From: Azolla caroliniana
Taxonomy: Eukaryota; Plantae; Polypodiophyta
Length of the DNA stretch: 61,287 nucleotides
Assembly: GCA_043228905.1 (NCBI GenBank)
Contig: JBHGNT010000172.1
Location: 1 to 61,287, forward strand
Direction of reading: 5' to 3'
This document shows, one piece after another, positions 1 through 12,839 of this stretch; position 1 is the first letter of the stretch, and every line of letters starts with the position of its first letter. The position numbers were made by a program, and so were the translations under genes. Below the pieces are notes generated by a model. The model was not told the origin of the DNA, searched no databases, and saw only the letters and a program-made list of their open reading frames with translations.

Positions 1-938
1 CTTGGCGTGGGAGTCTCAGTATGGAGAGCCGGTGTTCCCTCCGTCTGAGGGTTCGAACGTTTCCCGGCTGCCTCAACTGTCCTTGCCGACGACCGTCGCT
101 GGAGGTGCTCCGTAGGTTCCTCCTCTATTACCTCCTCCGGAGCTCCGGCATTGAGTTTTGCCGCCAAGGGGTCCGCTTCTCTATTCACCGGTCGGCGGAG
201 TGTGACCTTTACGGGCCGTGCCGGTGGTTCCTCCTGCGCCTCCGTTGGCCACTTCTGGCTGCCGCTTCCTGCTGCCGCCTGTTTTGCGTCTGCCGCCTTC
301 CCCTTAGTGGCCTTAGAGGCCAACAACTGTTGCCGTTTGGAAGCCGACCTTGGGGTGCCGTCCGCCACTCTTCCTCGCTTCTTGGGCTGGACAGTCTGGA
401 CGGGTGGCACAAGCAAGGTGAGCCACTGCGTTACGGCGTGCCATATCCTCCGTCCGTCTCGGCCTTCTTTGCCGTCTTTGCCTCTCACGATCTCGATCAC
501 CGCACACAACTCGTCTGCGATCAATACCGGCCAATCCACCTTGATCCCTTTATAGGTGGTGATGATCATCCCTGCCCGGTTCTGCGGCATGATAGGGGGT
601 CTAGGGTACACGTGGCCGTATTCGTGGAGCACACGAGCAATTTCGCGGAACAACATATCTCCGCCGCCCTGTGTCCGGTATACCTTGCTAGCTAGTGAGT
701 ACTCACCAAAATACCTGAGGAGTTGCTCCGGGGTTGGATTGTCGATCGTGAGTATGCCTCCCTCCGGAAGGCCTGTTAACGCTCGAATCGCCTCTGCCGT
801 TATGACCTCTGTATCGATTTCCTTGATCACTTTGTCGGCTTCTTTGTGTGGCGGTACTTCCATCATCATCAAGAAGCCCTCGAGCCCGTGTTGCTTCAGC
901 CATGGCTTGGCGGCTTTCGACAGCGTTTGCGGGTCCAT
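1..938 (-). CDS. Extra 3' ORF of element A (N-terminal part, runs off the window edge); homolog of B 24120-26819
   Basis: Hand translation from ATG 938 gives MDPQTLSKAAKPWLKQHGLEGFL...VITAEAIRALTGLPEGG...KVDWPVLIAD, matching the B protein. Confidence 0.85.
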   Translation of the reverse strand, partial: MDPQTLSKAAKPWLKQHGLEGFLMMMEVPPHKEADKVIKEIDTEVITAEAIRALTGLPEGGILTIDNPTPEQLLRYFGEYSLASKVYRTQGGGDMLFREIARVLHEYGHVYPRPPIMPQNRAGMIITTYKGIKVDWPVLIADELCAVIEIVRGKDGKEGRDGRRIWHAVTQWLTLLVPPVQTVQPKKRGRVADGTPRSASKRQQLLASKATKGKAADAKQAAAGSGSQKWPTEAQEEPPARPVKVTLRRPVNREADPLAAKLNAGAPEEVIEEEPTEHLQRRSSARTVEAAGKRSNPQTEGTPALHTETPTP

Positions 939-1267
939 GTTTGTGTCGAGGTCGGATGGCGGTGGCGAGGTTGGATGGTGATGAGAGTGGGGTTGAGAAA
1001 GAGAGAGTTCAAAAGGCGGGGGTTCTCTGTGCGCAGGTTCTCGTCTGATGATCTTGCAACGTCTTGGTGCTTCTGTGTTCTTGGGTTCGCGAAAGTAGAG
1101 GGTGTCTACGCGCAGTGGTTTTTGTCTGTGCATTTTGGTGCCTTTTTCGAGTGTGTGCATGTCGCGTACTTAAAATAGCATTATGTCCTGTGGTGGCGCT
1201 TTAAATGCCCACTACGTACCTTTTCGCTCCACGCTCTTTCATCCATTCATTCCTCGCTTTTGCATGA

Positions 1268-1325
1268 TTGTTTTTATTTTATTTTATTATTATTATTATT
1301 ATTTTATAGTTATTATTATTATTAG
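1268..1325. repeat. AT-rich (ATT)n tract between pol and the extra ORF of A
   Basis: Direct reading; B has an A-rich tract at the same place (23748-23800). Confidence 0.8.
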
Positions 1326-1332
1326 TGTGACG

Positions 1333-4300
1333 TCACTTGTCCGTTGGTCCTCTCGGACCCTTACCGACCTCATTCTCCCCAGTTACCGGCTCGCCTTCTC
1401 TGCCGTCTTGGTGGTTGCCGTCGGTCCTTTGCTCAAACGGGTTCTTAGGCATCGGTCCTCTATATGCCTTCAACCGGAATCCGTTGACCCATTTGCCTAG
1501 CACTTCGCCGGCAAGTGTCCCTAACTGGTAGGACCCATTATACTCCCGTGTTAGCCAATATGGTCCAGTCCATCTAAATCGTAGCTTACCTGGCATCTTG
1601 CCCATCCGGGTTTGGAATACTAACACCGGTTTGCCGATTGTGAACATTTTTTCGTTACCTTTCCTGTGTCGGTCGACAAATGCTTTCCGTCTGCGTTGCT
1701 CCAATTCTAAATGTAGGATGCTGGCCAGTCGTTGTTCCTCGAGCTCACACAACGCTGTCAACCTTATTGCCTCCGACTCCTTCTCGTTCAGCCTTTCCCG
1801 TAGCTGGATCCGTAAGCTAGGTACTTGGAATTCTACCGGCATGACCGCCTCGAGTCCGAACGCCAACTGGAACGGTGTTGTTCGGATGCTTGTTTTGTAT
1901 GCCGTCCGGTATGCCCAAAGCGCGCTATGTAGCTTTGTGTCCCAATCCGTCCGGTTTTCGTTGACGACCTTCCGGAGGATATTCTGTAGCGTCTTGTTTG
2001 TTGATTCCGCTAAGCCGTTCGCCTGTGGATAGTAAGGTGTGCTCCGTTTGTGTACAACGGCATAGAATGTCGTCAGGATTTCCACTACTTGGCCGAGAAA
2101 GTGCCCCCCTTGGTCACTTATCAATTCAATGGGGCATCCGTAACGGCACTAGATGTACTCATATAGAAACTTTGCCGTTGACACAACGGTGTTATCCCGT
2201 AAAGCTTTGGCCTCCACCCATTTCGTGCAGTAATCCGTAGCAACGATAACGTACCGATTACCCGTTCTCATTGCCGGTGGCTTGAATGGTCCTACAAAGT
2301 CCAACCCCCACTTTTGGAATGGCTCGAGTGGTAGTACCGGCTGGTGTGGCATACGAGCCTGCTCCGTTGGCTGGCCCATTCTCTGGCATAGGTCACATTC
2401 TTTTGCGTATCGTACTGCATCTCTTAATGTCGTTGGCCACCATAGGCCACTTTGCCATATTTTTCTGGCCGTCGCATCTCCGGCATAGTGACCTCCGGCA
2501 ACTCCGCAGTGGGCTTCCCTCAGTATCAGTTCCTTTTCATCGCTGCGCACCGCCTGTCTCCATATGCCGTCCGCGCCCTTGTGGTAAAGTGTGTCTTGCA
2601 GTAAGCAGAAATGTCGGCTTTGCACCGCCAGGCGTTTCCATTCGTCCCGGTTCAGCTCTTCCGGAGGCAGGTTCAGCTCTTCCGGAGGCAGTCCTGTGCT
2701 CAGAATCTGGTGCATATTTGTGAGCCACTTGTCTTCCTGGGCCACCGTCTCATCTGCTGCCGTCTTCGTAGTGACTCGAAACAGCTCTGCATCCGGAAAC
2801 TCATCCGGTACTCCGTCACCCGTCTCTCCGAACTCCAATCAGCTTAAGTAATCCGCTACGGCATGCTGTATACCGGGTCGGTGGAATATTTCAAACTCGA
2901 ACTCCTGTAATTTGCCGGTGAGTGACGCCTTGGACACCAGGTAAAGGAGTGCCGAATGATCTACATGGGAGGAAAACTTCCTTCCCAATAAATAGTGCCG
3001 AAACTTTGTCACACTGTAGATCATCCCTAGAGCTTCCCGTTCCGTGGTAGAGTAGTTTCGTTCTATTTGGGATAGCTTTCGGCTGGCATAGTACACTGGC
3101 CGGTACCACTTTGGCTCCGTAAGTTGCATAAGTACGCTTCCGATTGCGATGTCGGAGGCGTCCACGAACACGTGAAATTCTTTACTCCAATCCGGAGGTT
3201 GTACAACCGGTGCCTGCGACAATAGTACCTTGAGGGCCTTATACGCCCTATCCTCAGTGTCGGTCCACTGGAATGGTGTCCGATGTACGACGGCATGCAA
3301 CGGTGTAGCCAGGTCGGCCAAGTATTGGAGCATCCGGCTGTGCCACTGGATCTGGCCTAAGAACCGGCTTAATGCCTTTGCCGTTGCCGGCGCCGATGAT
3401 TCTAATATGGCTTTCGCTTTGTCCGGGTCGACTGCAATACCTTCCTGGCTCACAATATGTCCTAATAAAGTTCCATTGGACACGCCAAATACACACTTTG
3501 CCGGATTCAAGCTTAGCCGGTACGCTCTATACTTTTCTAGACAAAGACGGAGGTGCTAAAAATGGTCCTCCCGGCTATAGACAGCGAAATCGTCAAGGAA
3601 AACCTGCATAAAAGCCGGTATATATTCACCAAAGATTTCCATGATGATTCGTTGAAATGTTGCCGGTGCCGTTTTGAGTCCGAACATCATCACCACGGCC
3701 ACAAAGACCCCCCATTCGGTGACGAATGCCATTTTCTCTTGGTCGTCGGGGTGCATCCAGATCTGATTATACCCCCTGAATCCGTCTAAGAAGCTATAGA
3801 CCTCATGGCCGGCGACGGCATCCAACACTCCATCAGTGAACGGAAGTGGAAACGCATCCGTTACCGTAGCCGCATTGAGTTTCTGGTAGTCCACGCAAAC
3901 TCGAATTTTTCCGTTCTTCTTCGTTACGACTACGATCGGGCTCAGCCATGTCGCTTTCTTTACCGGACGGATAAAGCCAACTCTTAGCAGTTTGTCGATT
4001 TCCTCCTTGACTTTGGCGGCATAATTGGGATTCATCCGGTATCGTCTTTGTGCTACTGGTTTTGCGTCCTTGCTCAAGTGAACCTGATGCTGGTATAACT
4101 GAGGGTCAAGTCCTCGCATGTCTTCGTATGACCAGGCGAACACATCGCGAAATTCCGTGAGAAGTGTGATCATCGCGAAATTCCGTGAGAAGTGAGAAGG
4201 TGACTTCTAATTGTAGCACTACGGCCGAGATGTGAAATGTATGACCGTCGACGGTGACTTCTAATTTCCGTATTAATCCTGACGGCCGCATTGAGCTTGT

Positions 4301-6674
4301 ATCCGCCATCCGCAACCAGAACGGACACGGCTCCCACTCGTGGATTCCTAGGTCATCACATGTCTGGAGGCTTATTACATTCACCCTAGAGCCTCCGTTT
4401 ATAACTGTGCCGGGGAGTTCTTTCCCTTTCACAATGGCAGTGATTACCGGATTGCTGGTGTCCACCACCGTTGGTCCCTCCTCCGGATTCGAGAAGAGTA
4501 CCGGTGCCGGCGATGGTTCTCCTGCCGTCATGGCCGTCTTCAGTCCTTCCGTGAATCTTGGCACGAGTTGTAGGAGTCTTCCTAGTGGTAACGTAATCTG
4601 GCATTCTTGCAACGCCTGCCATGTCTCGTTCTCAGACTGACTACCGCCGGCAAGCCCTGCGGTGTTCTCCTTTTGCTGCTGTAAGTCTATGACATTCTGC
4701 TCGTTTGCTTTCTTTACCCATTCCGTTTCTTGTTTCCGGATGGTCTCCTGTGTCTCCCATTCTTTGGCCATGCCCTTCGATGTTGTGGTCACCTGCTGCA
4801 GATCCGCCACCTCAGGGACTACCATATTTACCGCCGGTCGTTTTTCATAGCTCTTCACTAGGCATTGGTTACTATAATGGCCTTCCTGTCAGCAGTAGTA
4901 GCAGTAGGCTTTCTGGGTATTGCTAGATTCGGCATTGTCTGTTGTACCCGGGGCAGGTCCTACGGTACGCGCGGGGTTTTGTACCGGTTGGCTACTTGGA
5001 GCTCCTTTGTTCCGGATCCCGGGGGTAGCCGCCTTTTTTAAAATGGCGTTTTTTGTTATAGCTCTTCTTATTACGGTACTCTTGACGGGGTTGCCCGTTA
5101 TATCTGCCGTATTCCTCCCGTTGCTGACGATACCTGGGGGAGTGCTCCCGGTCGTAATGTTCGTATCGTCTATTGTAATCCTGGTACCGATCATGCCGGT
5201 CATAGTTATCCCGCCGATCACCGTACCGGACATCATTTTCCCGTCGATCGCCATACCGGACATCATTTTCCCGTCGCTCGCCATACCGGACATCCTGTGC
5301 CAGTCAGTCACGGTCCATTCGCCGCCAGCGTTCGTCTTCTTCATCCTGGCTGTTGTGTGGCTCAATTTGTCGGACGGGCGGTGCTTGCCGATTCAACAGA
5401 TTATACTCGCACCTATCCGTCGTATGGCCCTTGGATTGACAGATTACACATTGCGTCCTCATAGTGCATTCTAGAGCCGAGTGTCCGGAATTCAAGTAGG
5501 TTGTGCACTGTATTGTTTGCCGAAACCGGAGGTCTTCATCGGACGGTAACGCCCGTTGAAGTGCTCCCAGTGTGAGCCAGGAGCTTGTCTTTTCCATCTC
5601 TCTCACCTGGTCAATGACTTGGTCGATGGTACTTGTGCGGAAGTCGATTACCATGCAAATCGTGCATAGGGGTTCCCGGAGCGCGTTTAGGAATATAGTT
5701 CGTAATTCCTCTTCCGGGGGTGCACGGGCAAGCTGACTATGCATCCGTTGAAACCGGATGACAAATTGGGGAATGCTCTCCCCTGCCTCTTGCCGGATGG
5801 TATAAAATAAGCCTACCATTACGGTTTGGTCCACCTCCTTTTGAAAAAAATGCAAGAATTTAGCTTTTAAATCTGCAAAGGTGTTGATGGTAGACGGGTC
5901 CTGCGTCCGATGCCATCTTGCTGCCGGTTCCTCCAATGTGACGCTAAACTCCACTATCTTAGAGCGTTCTTCTTCCTCCGGTGTCAATCGCTGGGACACA
6001 TGGTTGGCTTCCCATGTCTGTTCAAAGGCGTGCACATGAGCTTCCGTGTCCGGATCATCTCTGTACTTGGAGTACTGGAACGGCATGTCGTCGTCCGGTA
6101 TTGGTGCGCGGGCTAGTAGTGTTGGTGCTCATTCTGGAATCTTCTCCGGTGTGGGTGGTCTTTCCCGATTTGTTTCCGGCGTCGGTGGTTTTTCCTCCTC
6201 CTTTGGTGACGGAGGCCTCTCCTCTTCGACTTCCGGTGTCGGAGGTCGCTCTTCCTCTGCTGGTTCCGGGGGTTCCAGCGTTAGCACTTCCGGTTCCGGT
6301 GTCGGCAAGGTATCCGATCCTTCGTCCTCCGGTCCGCTCGGGGTTTCGTTGTTGCTACGGTAGTTCGTGTGCACGCTGTATTCCCCTTCGGAGTCCGATT
6401 CATATGCTGAAAAGGCTTTTGCTTCGCCTTCTCCGTTTGTCAACGCGTGGAGAAGGGATTCGGTTTCCCGTAGGCTGCTTAGGCTGCTGCCGTCGTCCGG
6501 GTGCGATGTTTGCTGTAATCGGAGGGAGTCCTCCGCTACTCTCCGGATTACGTTGGAAAACGAGCGATCCGCTCTAATTTCGTGCGCCACTTGCTGGAAA
6601 GCCTTGCGTCTCCTTTGCCTTTCGGCAAGGCGTCGAGTTCGATCTGTAACCAGGTCGTGCGTTGATCTAGACAT
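1333..6674 (-). pseudogene. Disrupted gag-pol of element A (Gag, zinc knuckles, PR, RT, RH, INT)
   Basis: ORF fragments carry RT QVFLDD, RH VFVDASD and [11 protein letters not shown] / SDQG / NGLAE / RWTGPY; stops, frameshifts and deletions relative to B. Confidence 0.93.
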
Positions 6675-6708
6675 CCATCCGTGCCGTCGTTCACTGCAAA
6701 AACAGGAA

Positions 6709-6720
6709 TCGTGGTCGCCA
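6709..6720 (-). promoter_or_regulatory. PBS of A (TGGCGACCACGA), tRNA-Arg(UCG)-type
   Basis: Lies 7 nt inside the LTR; same sequence in B and C. Confidence 0.8.
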
Positions 6721-6727
6721 AAAACTG

Positions 6728-7163
6728 TGTTAACTCTTCGGGCCGGACAATGGCCTAACACAGGGTATCTACGGGAGACACTTCACCAAAGGGTGTTATG
6801 GCCACCGGATTAGACTTCAACGCTTAATGCTACTTGGTTAAGTTACTTATTATGATCGTCTTTCATAACACACGCGTAAGATATAATAATTAAGATAGAA
6901 CGACAATTAACACAGAGAGATAACAACGCTTAAGCTTTCATTAATTAACCGCTAACTATTACATTGTATCCGGGCTTTTAAATAGGTTTCCGGTCTGTAT
7001 TACAAAACGGTGCCATCCGCACCTGTTCGGGATCGGTCCGGATTCGGAACGGCATACCGTTTCCGGTCCGTCCGTCCACACTCATAGCTTAATTACAACC
7101 ACATTCCTACTACTTAATTAGCTCTCCGTTTCCCACTCTGGAGTCCTTTGCCGGCCGGTAACA
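6728..7163 (-). repeat. 5' LTR of element A (436 bp)
   Basis: TGTTACCGGCCGG...TAACA termini on the minus strand; homologous to the B LTR. Confidence 0.9.
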
Positions 7164-7545
7164 TTGATGTCAGCTTCCTTCATTGAGATGCCACGACGGT
7201 ATTCATCGATGATAGCATACATGTTGACGGAGTTAACCGAAATCACGCGTTGGTTGTGAAGATAGCTCAAGTCCACGACGTCCTCGATTTCGCCGATGGT
7301 GTCGTTAAATGAGGCTTCTTCCATAATATGAGTCACGAACTCTCCTTCTTCTATTATGTTCTCTTCTTTCAGCATCTTCTCGAATTCTTGTATCCGGCGC
7401 TTGTGCTTCTTGTCGGGTAGTACTAGTTTACATGCGCCACTAGGTGTGACACATGTTGCTTCTCCTTGCAATCCACGCACTCTTCTTTCTTGTGGGGTCT
7501 TGTGATTGCTCAGACTATTTGTGCCCCATGCTTCAATAGTCCGCT

Positions 7546-9731
7546 CTAAAAATCCGAGGATTCACCTCCGAGACTATCTCGATTCCTTTCATGATTGGCT
7601 CGCACCGTTAGGAATTGGACCGATCTTTGGTTGTCAAGACTCTTTATTCGTGCGAAGGCTGCTCCATTATCGAACACTTTGGTCTCCATCCGAGATGATG
7701 TGATATAAGGTTGCCCTAGGATGACAGGATGCGACGCCGATTCTTGTACGAAGAAGTGTTGATCCATCTCCACATCCCCGATCGTGACTTTGACATTGGG
7801 ACAAGCTCCGTACAAATCCTCCATAGACTTTGTTGCCGTGCGAATCTTCCATCCGTGGTTTGTATTGATTGGCCATCTTCCTTTTTTGTAGAAGTCGGTT
7901 GACATGAGGTTGATCTCCGAGCCGTGGTCGATCAAGGCTACCACGGTCTCTTTCTTCTCCCCGATCTTCACCGGCGTCTCCGTTGTCGCTCGTGCCCAAT
8001 GAGGTCGAGTGTAGTGGCTGTCCACCATATCTTCATCGACTTCATCTCTTGCCATCATTATGGCATTCGTTTTTGCTTTTTGTGGCTTCTCTTCTTCCTC
8101 GTCCGATTGTTGTCTCTTTCTCTTTACAAGGTCCACGATCGTGTCATGGAACTCCTTCTTCGTAATGCCAAGCAATTCCCTCAAGGACAAAGTTACGTGG
8201 CTATCAAGAACTCGTTCTTCGAGAATCTTCTTTAGGTCCGTCGTCTGCTCTATGTCCGACCTTAGCTTATAGGTAGGTATAGTCCTTGTCCTCCGAGCGG
8301 GGTCTTCGACACCAACCTTCACGGGCCGAACTGTTTCTTCAACTCGTATGCTCGGCTCCCCTTTTCGGCTTGATTCTCGTTCCTCCGTTTGTAAAGGTCG
8401 ACTCGTCTCCGCATCGTCCTTCTTTTTCGCGTTCCTTGTTTTATGTCTTTTTGATGGGCCTTGCTCTTCTATTCTCTTTCTCTTTTCTTCGACGAACACC
8501 TCGTGGTTGTCGCACATCACCTCTGCGAGTATGGTGTTGTCGTCCACTGGATCCGACCACCCGGTTATGTTTTGCACGCTTCGGTCCGCAAGCTCTACCT
8601 CGTTCGATGTGACTTTTCCCTTCTTCTCATATTCGAGAACGGAAGTCCAAAACTTTGCTCTTGCTCTAGCAGCTTCAGTCTTGTCTTTCCCGACTCTTAT
8701 TCCGGCCGACGTAGCATAGTGCATCGCATCGGCATCCTCCATAGATTTCTTCATTCCTCCTCTTCCGAAATTCACCTGTAGGGGTCTTCTAGTCTCGCTT
8801 GAGCAGATCATGTTGTCCTCTATGTATACGATATTTTGTCGAACCGCCTCTCGAAGGCTCGCACAATCCCTTCTCATGTGGTCCATGCTATCGCACCACA
8901 CGCATCTAAAGGGTTCTTTTCCTTTAGGGCCTCGATGATTCATGTTGGCTAGCATGACCTTCTCAAACTTCTTCACTAGCTCTTCAATGATGTCATCATC
9001 AATCTTCTTTTCTTCCACGTTACTTTGTCTCAGCGGCTCAGCTACTTTCGGCGGTCTTGCTTCCTCCGTGGTAGTCGGTCCCGTCAAGTCAGTGTCATCA
9101 ACCCATTGGCGACCCTTGTCGAGCCTATTGCATGCCCGCTTCACCGCGATCCAGTCTGCTACGAGCCCATTTGCTTGGGTATCATCTTCGAGAAGAGTCC
9201 CCAACTCCCGTCTATCCTTTATGTCCACGGCCTTCAAGAAGTACAAAGTCTTGTCCTCTTCAAGCAACACTTGGTTCGTATTGGGGAGACGACTAAACAT
9301 ATGGTCGAATTCGTCGTACACCCTCGAGACCCTCATCTTCTTATTCTTCTTCTCTATCCACTTCATCATGGCATGTCGAGTCATCCTCGTTGAGTCTTCA
9401 GTCACGAACTCCGCTAGTATCGTTTTCTCGAACTCGGACCATGTTGTCTTACCTTTTTGAAGCTCGATGACGCGTCTTTGGATGTTGTTGGCGACAACTC
9501 TCTTGAAGCGATTTGACGTGCCTCGGACACGTCCCTCTGATTCATCTCCCTTCTATATGCATCAAGGAACTTCGTAACGTTCCTTCCATCGAATTGGCCC
9601 TCGAGCTCTACGACACGATCGACAGCCTTCTCCACGCTCGCGTCATTGTCCCGAGATCTCATCATTTGCTCGACGATTAGCATCATCCTTTCAAGCTCTC
9701 CCGCTTGGTTGCTTGAGGACGCCATCTCCAA
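7546..9731 (-). pseudogene. Gag-protease of D, with one frameshift near 9490
   Basis: ORFs 9414-9731 and 7546-9405; knuckle CVWCDSMDHMRRDC; protease ALIDHGSEIN. Confidence 0.88.
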
Positions 9732-9766
9732 GTATTAATCTCGACGTGATCCTTCCTACCGCCTCT

Positions 9767-9784
9767 TTCACGTCGGGTTCACCA
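9767..9784 (-). promoter_or_regulatory. PBS of D, complementary to the tRNA-Trp 3' end (TGGTGAACCCGACGTGAA)
   Basis: 18-nt match to the recalled plant tRNA-Trp 3' end; identical in F and G. Confidence 0.88.
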
Positions 9785-9792
9785 CTTAATTA

Positions 9793-10885
9793 TGTTGTGA
9801 AGATCCGTCACTACGCACGGATCGTGAGGCGGAACCGCCGGGGTTTTGGACCGGAAGGATTCAAAGTCGGTACAAGCTTTGGCGCAAGCTTTAGCAAGAA
9901 AGTACTTAAGATAGATTGGGAAAGAGAGAAGTTGAGATTAACGATTCAAAGAGATTGATTGAACTTTTAACTTTAGATTTAAGAAACAAGTTACACGATC
10001 AATTTGATAACGAATTTCCTCTTCTTAATTTCATAATAAAAAAAACGTGTTTTTTTTCTCCTCCCCCTTCCTTCTTTTATAGATGCTCTCATGCATATGA
10101 TGCATGTGAGGGTACAAGACATGCATAAATTGCATGTTTGCCATTTGGCGCTTATGTATTACATGTGGTGCATGATAACCATGTCACTCATTTTAGCTCT
10201 CATGTATGAGAATTTACATGTAAAAGTACAATGATAGAAATATAAATTCAACTAAATGGCATGCCTTAATGGTAAGACAATTGACTCCTAACTTGGAGGT
10301 GCAAGGTTTGAATCCTTACTTGCCCTCCTTGTATATGTATATATGTATATATATTTACATATTTATTTATCTAGTCACCGGACGCCGGTTCGTCGGATGC
10401 CGTCGGTTACCGGTGCCTCGCCGGATGCCGTCGTCTCACCGGCGCCGGATACCGGTTTGCCGTCGGATGCCGCCGGATCACTGGCTGCATCGCCGGTCCG
10501 GTTTTGGTTGGCCAAAACCCTTTACGAGTAGCTAGCCCACCTCCACTATTAGTTAAAGTTACCTTGAACTTTCTATGCTCCACACATAGACACAAAGATA
10601 ACATCTTTTGCTCTACCTTATATATGATGAGAGCCGTATTTGTCGTGCCTATGTGGGATATCTCACAATTTTCTCTTTTCCTTTCACAAACTTTATACCC
10701 TCATATCTTGATATTTAGTTGTCCGTTTCTCGTGTAATAAAGTGCATTCGAAACCTCCATCATTTTATACTTAGATATTAAATTTATTTAAAATGTTATC
10801 TTCACAATTATTGTATTATGTGATTTATACTCGATTTCGTACGTTTTATGGGATTTTCACACTATTGCCGAAAATCTTCACGACA
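9793..10885 (-). repeat. 5' LTR of element D (~1093 bp)
   Basis: Terminal inverted repeat TGTTGTGAAGAT...ATCTTCACGACA; TATA near 10075; CATG-rich block. Confidence 0.85.
10254..10326 (+). other. Degenerate tRNA-like module (A box and B box) inside LTR D
   Basis: TGCCTTAATGGTAAGAC...CAAGGTTTGAATCCTT with tRNA-like spacing and a T-arm stem. Confidence 0.6.
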
Positions 10886-11968
10886 ACGGACCAAGACCCG
10901 GTTCAACTAGTCGCACCGGTTGCGACCAAAGAAGATCGATGAAGGCGACTGGGTCCTGGTATACGACAACAGCCTCGACAATTAGCACAAGGCGGTGCGA
11001 AAGTTCGCTAGGAGATGGTTCGGGCCCTACACGGTCACGAGCGCGAACGACAACGACACGTACCACCTCGCAGAACTCGACGGGACACGGTTAGCGGTGT
11101 CGGTGGCCAGGAAGCGGATCAAAGCGTTCAAGAAGCGGTTCGAAGACGAGCCGAAGCCTACGAGCGGGAGTGACAACGACGATTAGTTTGGGCCCGGCGG
11201 AGAATCGGAGAACGACGAGTGAAGCCGGTTTTCTTCGGTATCTACCCGTCTTTGGCGCATGCTGGTGGATGCACGGTTTGGTGGGGGTGGATGTCGTGAT
11301 GAAAACCGGACATAGGCGGAATCAGAGAAAAAGGCGCATGAATCAGCTCTTACTCGGATGGGCGCATGAATTGCTATTTTGATATTTTGTACATGATTCA
11401 TAAATGGATCGGTTGATGTAAATACTAAGTAGTACACATGTATTAGGGGATTGTGCGTATCTCTGTTAGAAGGGACAAGGAATAAAGCGATTTGACTAGG
11501 GAGAAAGGGCACCCCCTTTTGAGAACTATTTAAGGAGAGGAGAGAGGGGAGAAAAGGGATCGCACATTGGCGAGGACGAAGTGCTGCTGCAGAACCGAGT
11601 GCCGAGCTCTCTCTCCTCCGATCGTCGTTCTCTACGGGTGTCGGGAGTTCGCTGCCTCTGCTTCATGGACAGCCCGTGTGCTTCCAGCAGAGTCTCTCTC
11701 TCCCCTTTCCCCTTTTGTTTCTTCGAGTCATGTGGCTGTCGTCGGTGTGCGTGAGTAGGACCCCGTGTAGGGTCCATTACCGGGTTGCCGGTTGTAACAG
11801 TTCAAGTTGTAAGCTATTGACTATAGTAACCGGATTCATGTTTTCTTGCTCTTAATCTCTTCCTGTGAGCTTGCATCTCTGTGCCTCTCTCTCTCTCTCA
11901 CTCTCTCCTTGGTCCAAGACCCCCGTGGTCCCGCCTCTTCCTACACGCGAACGCGAAACTTCACGACA
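10886..11968 (+). mobile_element. Element E: 3' end of a Trp-PBS-family gypsy (integrase C-terminus, PPT, 3' LTR 11292-11968); inserted in copia H
   Basis: RKFARRWFGPY homologous to F 47640-47970; PPT GGTGGGGGTGGA; LTR TGTCG...CGACA. Confidence 0.88.
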
Positions 11969-12839
11969 ACGTTCCGCTCTTTCGGGAATGGATGTCGGTG
12001 TTGCTTCACATACACCTTCAATCTCCGTCTCTTTGAATGTCAGGAGTCCGATGACGACTCCTTTCGATTTCATTTCTTTGAGTTTGTTGAGATTGATGTG
12101 GCCGATTCGCTTGTGCCATAGCTCAATGTCGGAGTCGGCTTTCGTGTTTTTCGCGAACATGGCGGATTTCATCTCGTGTGAATCGAGAATGAACATCTGG
12201 CCCTCTCTTCGTCCGCGTGTGATGAGTCGGCCCTCTTTTTTGATGAAGCAACCGCCTTGATTAAATCGAACTTGCATCCCTTGCTCTACAATTTGGCCAA
12301 CAGAGACCAAATTCTTCGTAATGGTCGATACATGCAAGACATTTTTAATGTAATTTTGCTTACCTTCTTTTCCGAACGGAACATTGCCGATGTGCCGAAT
12401 CGGATGTGTAGTGTCATCTCCGGTTTCGACATAGCCAGGTCGATCCGGTGCTCGAAGTTCTCGGAACCATTCTTGATGTGATGTCATATGGTTCGAGGCA
12501 CCAGAATCGACGAACCATACGTCTTCCGGACCGGAGGCACTGGTTGAGGTAGTGGCCGACATAGAGTTTGCTCTATGTTTCATCATGAACATTCCGCCAC
12601 GGTTGAAGTTGTGTGCATATATTCCACTACGATCTTCGTAGTTGGAGTTGTGCCCGTACATTCCGCCACGATCGGAGTTGTGTGCATACATTCCGCCATG
12701 ATCTTCGTAATCAGAGTTGTGCCCGTACATTTCGCTATACTCTTCGTAGTCAGAATTGTGCGCGTAATTCGTGAGTTGTCGGCTTGTGGAAGCCGATTCA
12801 CACATCTTCTTTCGGCACTCTTCTTCGTGGTGGCCGATC
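11969..12839 (-). pseudogene. Copia H fragment: end of zinc knuckle, protease, GAG-pre-integrase
   Basis: IGHHEEEC, WFVDSGASNHM, LWHKRIGH. Confidence 0.9.
12590..12768 (-). repeat. In-frame coding minisatellite in H, Y(A/G)HN(S/F) x5
   Basis: Repeated GAGTTGTG(T/C)...TACATT units of 27-39 bp. Confidence 0.85.

Larger units (their letters stand above)
1..7163 (-). mobile_element. Element A: Ty3/gypsy (Athila/Tat-like, non-chromovirus) LTR retrotransposon, degenerate, 3' end beyond the window; inserted in element D
   Basis: 5' LTR 6728-7163, tRNA-Arg PBS, and gag-pol plus extra ORF collinear with element B. Confidence 0.93.
7164..10885 (-). mobile_element. Element D: Ty3/gypsy with tRNA-Trp PBS (5' part); inserted in E and interrupted by A
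   Basis: LTR 9793-10885, PBS 9767-9784, Gag-PR homologous to F. Confidence 0.9.

Noticed and set aside
21-695. Antisense and alternative-frame ORFs here and throughout the ORF track
   Set aside because: They are shadows of GC-rich transposon coding sequence with no recognisable motifs.
10254-10326. Functional tRNA gene
   Set aside because: The acceptor and anticodon stems do not pair and the B box is decayed; kept only as a tRNA-like module.
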